DNA of 64,000 nucleotides, from NCBI GenBank assembly GCA_051362555.1, contig CM120643.1, positions 18,108,848 through 18,172,847 on the forward strand, given 5' to 3'. Position numbers and translations under genes: made by a program. This DNA comes from Lingula anatina (taxonomy: Eukaryota > Animalia > Brachiopoda). Below the pieces are notes generated by a model that was not told where the DNA came from, made no database searches, and saw only the letters and a program-made list of their open reading frames with translations. Shown here one piece after another: positions 24,030 to 36,000 of the stretch. Position 1 is the stretch's first letter; the number at the start of each line of letters is the position of its first letter.

Positions 24030-27000
24030 AATGCTTATTTATTTTGATAGTAAGCAGGATTTGCCTCATTTTGATCAAGATGATTTTCAGTGTAACAAAA
24101 TTGGAAAAGTGCGAGAAGGGAAATAGATCACTAAATGCTCTTTAAGACATCGCAAGCTGCAGTGTTGAAGTACTAATTAGTGTGATTTAACAATAATGCT
24201 TTGTGTGCTTTATTGGGCCGATTAATTTTGATCCAAGTTGTGCTGACTTGGTTCATTTTAAACTGACCCATTTTATTCTTTCTTTCTGATAATGGCTTCA
24301 TAATCCATGATAGATTTATCACTTGTGATTTTGACATCTCACTGCTTCCTTGCATCACATGGTAGTGTAGTAGCACTCACCGCACATTATAGATGTTAGA
24401 TTTAATGATAGAAAAAAAAAAAAAAAAAAAAAAAAACGATGGAGATGGTTGAAGTAGTTGTGGGGGTGGTAGTGGGTGTATCCATTGATCATCGTTGCTT
24501 GCATTATGTGTGATATAGTTGTTTTTATTGTGATAGATTTGTGTAGCTATGTTGCCATCATAATGGTGATGGTTGTTGTGTGAAGTGTGATAGTTCCTAT
24601 CGTGTTGAGCACTAGTAATGTTACTGTTATTGTTAGTGTTACTTATCAACAGTCAAATTACATGAATGCATTTTAATCATTTGTATTTTAAGATAATATG
24701 TTCATTTTGATAAATTTTTAAGCAATTTAATATTAGATGATGTTTGAGCACTGCTAGCAATGTTTTGCAGTTGCTTTGTTGTTGTTGTTTTTAAAACTAC
24801 CTTTTAATGTTGGATTGATTTTGATTTGATTTCCTTACGTGGTCACATTTTCATTGTTGCTGTGGCTTGCCTGCATTGTACTAAGTGTGACTCCTCTGCA
24901 TTGCATTGCCTCTGCTGTGTGAACAGATTTGAATCGCTGAAAATTTTTTTAAAATTGCTTTTTATCATTGCTGTGAAAACTCGGGGGGCTTTAATAATTA
25001 AGTAGTCTATACCTTGGAAGATTTAGAAACTAGGCTGCTAGAACATATGTGTTGGAGAACATAAGTTCCACTTCTCTGAGAAATAAGCTCATGTCCAATT
25101 TGACAGTCTCTGGTTGACAACGTATCACTTGAAAACAGAATTCTGTTAGTCAGAGGTAGGAACTAAGGATTATTTGTAGAGGGTCAAATTTTTTTTTTTG
25201 TAATTGATGTATTGATGAGGGATAAGGTGTCCCAAAGATGTGCAGCGATCAGGCAGGCCACATATGCAGTGATTTGAGCAGACATCTTATGTTCAGATAT
25301 TTTCATGAAGCAGAACCATTACTGTTCACATTGAATGGGCAGGTCATTTTGAAAAAAAAAAAAAAGATACAAAAAAAAATTGAAAACCATATTAAAGTTG
25401 CTTTTAACCAATCCATAGTTGAAGATGAGGAAAAACCAGCCAAACCAGTACCTTTTGTGCCAAAGACGCCACGAATGAAGACCAAGCTGAATCATTGGCG
25501 CAGTGAGGAGACCATTAACAAATCCATGCAAGATGTCCGTGTGTGGTCAGGGTCACAGACCAGCCTCGCAGCAAATAGTCCTGCCTTTGTCAATTATAGC
25601 CCTGATCCAAATACAATCGACTATCACTTTAAGCTGCTTGTGATTGGTGGAAGTAATGTAGGAAAGTCGTCTTTTATACTAAGATATTCTGATAACAAGT
25701 ACAGTCCTGCCTTTGTGGCGACAATTGGGATCGATTTCCGTATAAAAAATATCAAACATAGAGGGCGTACTGTGCAGCTACAGATTTGGGATACTGCAGG
25801 ACAGGAGAGATATCGCACCATCACCACTGCTTGCTTTCGAGGGACGATGGGGTTTGTATTGATGTATGATATCACGTCAGAGCAGAGTTTCAATATGGTG
25901 GAGGATTGGCTGACCCAGATTAGAGAAAATGCAGATGAGAAAGCCCCTGTTATTATCGTGGGACACAAATGTGATCTTGAAGACAAGCGTGAAGTGTCGT
26001 ATGAATTGGCACAAAAATTAGCTGATGATTTGGAGGTTGATTTTTATGAGGCCTCCGCCAAGGAAGACTACCATGTAAGCCTCGTATTTGACAAACTTGT
26101 AGACAAAATAACTAGAGTCTATAAGCCAAAAGCTCGAAATTTTAATAAAAATACTGTGCGTCTGCCAAGAAGGGCAGTTTCCATCAGAAGATTTGAAAAG
26201 AAATGGACATCAGATGTTGATAAGTGTAAATGCTAAGAATGTGTTAGATGTCACAGACTGTTGAGGTGGTGATAAGTTGTTGTGTTCTGAAGAACCTGCC
26301 AGGGGCATGTACCACAAGTGAACGTTAGCCAAAATTGGTTCAAACTTTGAGAACAAAATTTCAGGCAACTTTGACCCAATGTGAGTTGTTGGTAGTACAG
26401 TTAGACATACGAAACACTTTTTTTTAACAAGCAAGATTTAGTTTTACGTTTCAGGTGGATACTGCTTTATTTCATTTTATTTTAGTGGACTATCAAGGAC
26501 TTGTCTTTAACTGAAGTAGGTCATATTTTTAATCCAAAAGTTTAGACCATTTCCAGCTAAAGCTCTTTTGAAAACGTCCCCCAGGTGTTACTGAGTATAA
26601 AAGTTGAGATTTTTGACTGTGTTCGTAGAACATTGGTTGAGCTTTGCCGTTATGGCCCAAAATGTGTTAGGAGTGACAGACTTAAAGTAGAGATTTTCCA
26701 TTGTGTTCTTACTATGCATTATAGATGAAAGGGTTTGCCAGAAAACATCAAAGTCCCAAGATGCTGCTGACTTTAAATATGAATCTTGCATATGCTTTCA
26801 GCTGATTTTTGTTTATGATTGTTTTTCATGTGTATTTACTATCATAGTAGTATTTTTGTTTTAAAATAGATCTGTCACATCTTGTTTTATCTTCTCCATA
26901 ACATATTGTTTTTGTTTATTGTTGCTAAGTTAGCATTGGAAGTGAATATACATTATTTTACATAAATATCACGAAGATATTTTTCAATTGAATTTTATTT

Positions 27001-30000
27001 ATAATTTTTCTGAAAATAGTAAATATTATTCCATTGTCAGTTTTTTTAAAAACTTTCCTATGGAAGGTTTTGCAATATATAACATTTGTATCAATTTGTA
27101 GACTGCTTTGTTGTTAAAGATAAATGTTTATTTACATAATACTAGCTAGGAAAGGCTACACCCTTGCTATTCCAAATTTGCAATTTTCACTATGCAAGAA
27201 TAGAGGTTTTTTTGAAGTTAATATTTTTACAGCAAATACTTGTTGTATACTAAGAAGATCATTATTTGATACTAGGTATGCTATGCTCAATTTAGAATGA
27301 CTAAACTGCCAAATTTGTGCAGATCTGTTTTTAGTCACATTAAGAAATGAATTTTCTAAAGTCATATAAAAATTAAGTGAGTTAAATAATATTATTATAT
27401 CTGAATCTAAATTGTAAATATGAAATACGATATCAAACAAAATACTCAAAATGAAGACTTTATACAACTGAGAAGTGATGATTATGAATTGAAAAGAAAG
27501 TTTTTTACCCTTTTTGATACTAAGTCTTCCACGGTAAAAAAGAAAATCATGACAGTATCAATGTGTTGTATAGTTCTTAGGTTTAAAATGTTATTGCTCA
27601 TGATATTAGATTTTTTTTCATAGAGCCATTAATCATGATAATGGGTATTTACTTTGACCAAAAACAACAGGGTGTCATGTGATTTGCAAAAAATAATTCC
27701 AAATTAACTTTGGAATTTTGTATTTGCTAATATTATGATTTTAATGTAAGATTTTGCTGAGGTGAACACATGAACTAACAGGTTTGAATTAATTCATATT
27801 TTTTTCATTTTATATTTAAAATGTAAAGGGGAAATCCAACATTTTATTAATCTGTACAGGTCTGATGGGATAAACTAAGTTGTTTTATTACTAAATTATT
27901 TTGTTTGAGTTATTGTTTAACTGAAAGAAATGATCGTCATAAGTTATAAACCAGACTGATCGAACAAAATATGTTAAAATGAAACATGGCTTCCCTTATT
28001 TATTTTTATTCATTTCATTCCAAAGGTTAATGTGTATCAAAATGGTTTTGTATATTTGAATTGAAATACTCTGTGGAATGCACTATGCAATGGATTCTTT
28101 GCATATATCGTTATAATTTCAAAATATTCCTTAAAACATTGTACATGTCTCTGAATCACTTTAATATTTTAAAATGTTTGAGGATTTTTTTGTTAATTAT
28201 TGGGAAGATGTATTTTTTCTTAAAATTTTGTTATATTATTTGCTATTATTATTTTTAAGGGAGATTTCATTTAATTATTATATTACCTTGTTTACTTGTA
28301 AAAGTAAGGTGCAGTTTCAATTAAGACTCATTTTACTAAGTAGATCATGTACAATTTAATATTAAAATGTTATTATTACAATTATAGATTAGTACTTTTA
28401 TCAGTATGAAATATAAATATGTTATTGATATTATTGTAAACATTCAGGCAATGAAACTTCATAAATTATGATACTGTGTCAAACTTTATCACATAATAAA
28501 TCACTGTTAGCCAACAGAATGTAATCTACTTTCCATTGTTTGTCTTGACTTGAACATTAAATTGAATTTTGAATTCAAAGTCTTTTTAATCATTGTCTTA
28601 CATTATAACATTAAATTTTGTTCATTGAGCCTATCTGCCATGTCATTGTGACTTCTCTCTTCTATATATTCCAGCAAGTTTAAAGATGTACTTTTTAAAA
28701 CGAGTAATTATGCTTAAAGTATAGAGGGAGCTATCATATAATGTGAGCGCATCTTACTGGTACGCTGAAAGCATAGTCAAACTGGCATGCTACATGTACT
28801 TGGTATTGGGACATTGGAACTATAAAATTGAGACATCTTCCCTATTTATTACAGAAATATTACTGCCTTTAGAGAACCAGAACTTCCTTTTCTGTGTGTA
28901 CTGGCACACATCAGTATATTACTTCCTCAATATAGTTTGCCTAGGGAAGTTAGCATAGGAATTTGTATTGGGTTGCTGTGGAGATACTTGAAAGTGTGTT
29001 GGTGTAGGGTTGCTGTAGGCGTACTTGAAAGTCAATTGGTATTGGGCTCATGTAGGCAGCCCTCTGGCATTATAGAGTTTACTGCATTATAAAGACCATG
29101 ATATGAGCCTCCCTGGCAGTAATTTACCAGAAGAATGTATTTTACAATGAAGGTAAGGTGTATTAGCCAGAGGAAAGGGAAGTGTGTAATTAAGAAACGG
29201 GTATAATGACAATTAAATTGCAATATTATTGTTATCTTAATTTGTAAAAGATGAGTAAGAATTCTTATTAATTTATGTATGTATAGAGAATAGTGTGCAA
29301 CTTTCTGAATTGCTTAAGAACACGTAGGGCACAGCAATAAGGTGCCTTTTTCATTTCTGATGAGATTTTTATATGTGTGTGTTGGGTTATGCAAAATGAT
29401 TTATTTGGAATGCTTACCTGCTGAATACATTTGTTTTACACAAAAACACCAATTTAAGAGTTGGTAATTATTTAAAAACCAAAGATTGCTTATGAAATAC
29501 TGAGGAATGACCTAAATTACACCTGTACCCCTGCTATTTGCTAGTCTGCAAGTGATGAAATTATTCACGAGTATGTGATAATGGGAGTACCTTGCGGAAA
29601 TAGTTGAGGTGCCAAACTTGTCTGTTCATCTACTGCATTTTATTTTCTCTTCGTATGAAGGAGGCTATGTTTTTATTGGACAAGATGTCTCAAAAATATC
29701 CCTCATACATTTTGATGAGATTTTCAGGATAGACAGTTATTCAGAGGGGGGGAAAGAAGTAATCTTTGTGTCTTTTGGTATTTTAAAAGAATTTGAATTG
29801 CCTTTTGCCTAGCTGAGGGCTGAGCACTTGGGGTGCCCTCTTTTGTTCAGTATTTTAGGTAAAAACTAAAGAAGGAAAGGGTGTGTGTGTGTGTTGGAGG
29901 ATGGGAAAAAAAGCAAAAGAAAATTGAAGAAAGAAAAGACAGATAAGAAAAGAGGTTGGAAAAATGGATAGGTGGAGGAAAAAGCAGATAGGAAAGGTAC

Positions 30001-33000
30001 ATTATAGGGAATTTGAAAAGAAAGAAATGAGGAAAGGAAAAAAGGGGGAAATGCAGTCACTTATTGTAAATTGTTTTCTTTTTAACCCCCAGGAGTCTGA
30101 CATCAAAGTAATATTTACATGTATATTGCTACTTGGTGTGACTTGGATCATGAAATAGATTTAACAATAGTTTCTCATGCAACTTTGAATTAATTTTTTT
30201 TCTTGTGGTGGTAGACTGACACAGTTTATTTATTGTACTTTATATGCAGATGAATGTATAATGAATTATATGAAAAGGAAGTTGGCAACTTTACAGTTGG
30301 ATATAATTCAAGGGAATAAAAATGAGATACTTAAAAAAGACTTGTTGACTCTGCAAATTACCCAGGGGTGTGTGCTAATTAGAAAGCGATCAGTCTGTGT
30401 ATTTACATCTAATTTAAAATAACCAGAGACACAGCAAACTTGTGTTGTGGAAACGGATTTAAACACATTTCACCAATGTCACATTTTATATCTTTCATGC
30501 TTCCTTGTTCAATAAACAAGGTTATTACCTGTTTTGAAGGCAAATAACGGAAGTTTGTTAGGTTTGAGTGAAAGTCATAATAATTTTCTCTTGACTTTTT
30601 GAGCCTCAATCTGTGTGTGCATTGGCTCGTGTCCGTGCATGCATGCATGCAGTGAATGTTTCATAAGTGTGATGGTTAAGTCCCAAAAAGCCAACCAATC
30701 GCAAAACTCAATTTTGACTCGGCTCACACTCAATTTTTGTAATTGTTTCAATGTTTAAGCCAATGTCTGTTTACTACACTGATGCTTATCTTACTGGATA
30801 GCATATTATATAAATAAGGTTTGGAGAAAGAAAATAGTAGGGACACAGTCATACGCTATACATGTATGAACACATCTTCAGTTTTTTTGTCTGAGAAAAA
30901 TGCAAATCACTATAATTTATTATTTAGTGGATAACAAAGGTAGAGGTTTAATTCACATTTTTTAAGTTTCCAGTTGGTGATTTATATCATGAGGTGCACT
31001 GATTATGCACAACAGAAGATGGTATGGAGTGATTGCATGTTAATGGGAATTTTAAAAAAAATTTGGGCCTTTAAATAGATTTTACTGTTAAATATTAACA
31101 GATGAGATGATAAAATCCATTTCCACTTCCTAAATGAAATTTTACAGTATCTGCATGTCATTATAAAATTAATGTAATCTCCTTATGTGAAAAAATTTCT
31201 CATGTGGATTGTATTACCTCATGGTATAATATATAGTAAATGTGTACTGATATTAACTAAATTCTGGATATAAATGTGAATATTGACAACCTCTCTCTCT
31301 GTACGCCATGGCACTGAAGTATAGTAAACTTAGTAAGTAAATAATATACCAAGGTTGAGTGCAGTTTTGAGACGTTCCCCAACCTGGGTCGGCGACCCGT
31401 GTACACAGAGAGTAGCTCATGATGCTAATGTCAAAGATCAGGCGAGGAATCTGCTGCTTCCTTCTTCAAAGCTTAGGCTGGTGAGTACCATAAAGAATAT
31501 ACCTGTTCTAATAAGTCACTTACTGAGCTAGATGTGCATACGCATGGTAAGTTTTATGGTTGTATTACAATATTCTACATTACTTGATATGTATCATAGG
31601 CTTCTGTCTTTAGAATGGTAAGTGAAAAGTAGATTGGATATAAAAGAAAAAGTTAAAGGCAGGTGTAGGGTTTAGAATGACAGTTGTGGTTTAAGTTTTG
31701 AATCTGTGTTACCCTCACGTGATAAGAAGAGAGAGCTGTGATGGGAGGATTGAAGTAGGTATTTTCTTAAGCTGAAACATTGATCTTCTAAATTAAATGC
31801 TCATCATGACTTGAGAAATGTTCATTTTGATAAATTACAGTGTCCAGTTATTAGTATAATACACTATTTCTGTACTAAAGCTTGATCTTGTTCTAGATCT
31901 CTCATCCTTGTGTGAAGAATGTAGCCCTATTTGGGTAGAGTTCAAGAAGTCATCAAATGAGGGTGTGAAGGCTCTCAAAAAAAACTCAAACATATTGTAA
32001 AAATAGAGAATTTGAAATTATAGATAAAAAAAGAGGATGTAATATTAAATTCGGGGTACCAGTTTGACGTATTTAGGATTATTCTAATATACAGTTTTTA
32101 GCGTTTTTCTTTTTTTTTTCAGCTATTATGACATATTTTACAATGTGTTAAAAGATAGACCAACAAGTTTTATACTTGGTGTGTAGATCTATGAATATGA
32201 TACAGTTTATATATCCAGCCAGTCATTTTATTCATATGGACATGAAGTATTTTCTTTTAGTCATTCATATATGAGTTAGATACCAGGCAAATATATCAGA
32301 TGCCTTGTTATTTCCTCATCGTGACTACTTGGGTCATTATCATGGCCATATTCTTTGAACTTGGATTTCGTAATATGTGGTAACTGAAAGGCAACTGTCA
32401 GTCGTGAGATGAGTTACAGTGTGGCTATCTATGGGTTCATTCCCATTAAAACTCTGTCTCCATAGATTGATCCAACTCTGTGGGGACTCCTGCTGAATGC
32501 AATCAGTTCAACAGATAAATGTCTCCTTTTAATTGTTTCCTACCTCTTTGTATGATCACCAGCTTTTTTGTATTCTACTTAATGCCAAGAGGATTAATCT
32601 GTTAATCTGTTAAAATGACTGCATTCAGCATGAGTCCCCATGAAGTTGGGTTGATCTACAGACTTTTAATTTCAAGGGGATATTTCTTTCCTGTACTCAA
32701 AAGAAACACATTTTTGTAGGGCTAAATTGTTTCACCACTTGACGAAAATGACAGTTCAGTAATTTGAATGTCGAAGTTGCAGTGGAGTATCCTAGTCTTG
32801 TGACATTTAGGTGCCTCCTGACCCATTTCACTCTCAGAAAACACCTGTCTGAATTCACACCTCACCTCACACCCAACAAAGAGAGGTATTTAACATTATA
32901 ATGGAACCACATGCCTACATGCCTTGGGCTGTCCTTTAGTATGCCTTTCACAACATCATTACATGTTCCCCTGTATAGAAGTTACAATGAAGTGAAGACT

Positions 33001-36000
33001 ATAGAGGGACGGGACAAATTGGATTAAATGTTTCGAAATGGGGTATTAAGTTCAGTGTTCATTTATTAATAGAAATATTTTGTAGTTTATGCAGATCCAA
33101 TTTTACCAGTGTAGACAATGTTTCAGAGTGACACTTCAGGGTTGGGGGGGGGGGGGGGGGGTTAGTATATTTGTATTTTTATCCTTCATATGAGAGTTTT
33201 ATAGTATATTATAGCATATATAGCATATACTTATATTAATGGTTAAAGTCGTCCCCTGTGTCTGCCAGTACTTTTTAGGGAAGTTATAGTAAGACCTTAA
33301 GGTAGAACATATCCAACATGTGTTTTTGTATCCCGAGATTGACCTGATGAGAAATTAGAGAAATAGCAATGTCCTTAGATAGGGTCATATCATTATAAAT
33401 GATCCATTCATTAGATAAATGTCCAGCCCCCCAACCACTATTAAGATTCATGCATATAATTTGGCTCAGTGTGGTGTTGGAGTCGAGGACTTCTCCTCCG
33501 CCCACTCCAGGCATAAGCTTTCAGTCTGGCATTCTGTATTTTATATTGTATGGAAGACTGAATTTTTTTGGGTCATTGTTTTCTTTCTTTTTTTTTTTTT
33601 TTTTTTTTTTTTTGTCTTTTTTTGTCAGAAATTCACTTAAATAGCAATAATGTCATGTTTTACATTGGTTATGAATTAAGGTTACTTGTCACTTGTTCTG
33701 TTTGTTTGCCATGTAGAGAATTTTGTTGTTTTTTAGATTTAAATCTGTAATTGTGCATTCCTTCTTTTTTTTTTTTTTTTTTGGTCTCTATCCCTTTTTC
33801 TTTCATTTTTCCCTTTGATAATATAGTAGGCACTGTTGTTGCTACCTCTGCAACGTAATCTGTATACACCTGTGTTACAAATTCCTTACCCAGGTGTGAG
33901 AGACATAATAAATGTTCAGAAAACATTAATGACATTTGTGTAGAATGCAGCTGGACAGTGAACCTGTATTCATACACAGATGTTTGCTACACTGAGATTG
34001 TAAAACAGGTAAACATTGTTTAGTTGTCATTTGTCATAAAATATATCAAGGCATGATGCATTACACAGCTGTTGTACAAAACACAAATGGACTGGGACAA
34101 AATACAAACATGTACAGCTAGTTATGAATTTTGTCAGTATATAACACTCAGCTATTATAAACATGGGTTCTTTAGACCAAAGTTAGTGAAAAAATTATAT
34201 GCATCCCAGTGTTTTAGTATGTGTCTTTCAAATCATCTTAAAGTTTCTAATTTTACAAGTAATGGAATGTAAAAAAAAAAAAAAAAAAACTCTGATTTTA
34301 GCTGTTGTTGTAAAGGAAGTATTGTCATGGCAACACATAATATGTATGAGACAGATATTTTAGAAAGGTTCATGTAATTTGGTCTTCATATATTTACCAT
34401 TTGTTTGTACAGATATGTTAGCAGCAAGTATTATAGTATGCACCATCATATCAGGGTATATATGTACAAACAGTAGCTGTGACAGAAAAGAACAGTTGGA
34501 TGTCTCTCAGATGGCTTGGACAGGTGGACATTGTTAGGATGGACACTGAGGAATGCCATTAAACCTGTTTACAACATTGTACATGTACAAGTATTGGTGA
34601 TGTATAGTAAAATATATTGTTACAGTATAAGCAGTGGCATTGGGGTTTATATGTTAATGTCTGTTCAGTTATGGATTGATAAGAAATATGTAAGAAATGG
34701 ATAATTTTGACATACAACAAAAATTGGAAGAAAATATGTATTTTTTCAATCTGTAATAATTGACTACCAGAGTCCACGCCTCCTCCCCCTCCTCACTTTT
34801 CCAGGTAAACTGCTACTTTGTCTGCTGAATTATTTTGTAATTTGCTACAAAAGGAACGAAAAAATGGATGAATTTGTGATATGAAATTAATTTTCAAAAC
34901 AGATGTGCAATACTATATAGCCGACTTCAAAATAATAATAATAATAATAATAATAATAAGTGAGTGGGAAAGCATAGAACAGAACAAAAGAAAGATGGAA
35001 TAAGATATTGGTTGTTTAGATGCAGTGTATAATACCCATCATATTAACTTGTAGCTTATAGTATTTACACCAGAAATAACTAGTAAATGTACTCGATTAT
35101 CCTTGCACTAAATTAACAGATATCCAATTACATTTTGGTATTACACAGAAGAACATGTTCACAATCATGTATGCCACATTAGGACTGGATTGATATCTCA
35201 AAGGAAAATCTATTATATATGAATTCTAGTTTAGGATAGCGCTGCAACTGTTTTTTTTTTCTTTGAAATTTGCCTTGTGACACATTTATAGTCAAATTGT
35301 TTTTGGAAATGACCCAGAACTATCTAATATCTTGTCATGTGAAAAAAAATCCTTGCTAGTTATTTTCAAATAGTTTTTGTGCATTCTTTTGTTTTGCTTT
35401 TGCAATTTGACAAAACCAGTGCCAACCAGTTAAAACCATTTCACAATATGAATCATGACGTGAATATGTTATTGAATTTATTGCCCTCTCCCCCTTGAAA
35501 GTTTTACTTTATTTTTCTCAGACCCTACCTTTAAGTCATTTATTAAGTTTTCATCATCTCATTCCCTTTTTTTGGCTCTTTAATTGTTTATGCTTTGATC
35601 AAGAGTTTATTTGTATTGATCATTCAATTAAGTAATCATGAGGACAAGCTTTGGACTTGGCATTCTGGCACTATATATAAAAAGTACTTCAGAGTAGTTG
35701 ATTTCCAGTCCAGTAAATACCAATTAATTTTCTGAAAAAAAATCCCTGTCAAGTCTTGTAAAGAATACACCATTGTTTTTAGGAGTCATGAGATATTAGA
35801 TTGAATTACTGTAAACAGATATGGCATTGAATTTGTCCACACAAACACGTGCCAGAAAGGAGTAGGCAAAAAATAAATAAATAAATGAAGTATGATGATA
35901 ATACATTCACACTGTCTAGTAAGCAAACACTAGACGAGGAAGTTATAACTATGAAATAAATCATAGCTGTAAAATTAATGAACTTTTACAACCAGGATAT

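Noticed and set aside
24377-24649. Asn/His-rich 90-aa ORF on the - strand
   Set aside because: Translation of degenerate trinucleotide repeats and poly-T; no domain signal
25238-25418. N-terminal 60 aa of the 332-aa ORF-track Rab ORF
   Set aside because: Runs through poly-A tracts and ends at a splice acceptor; most likely intronic sequence that is open by chance
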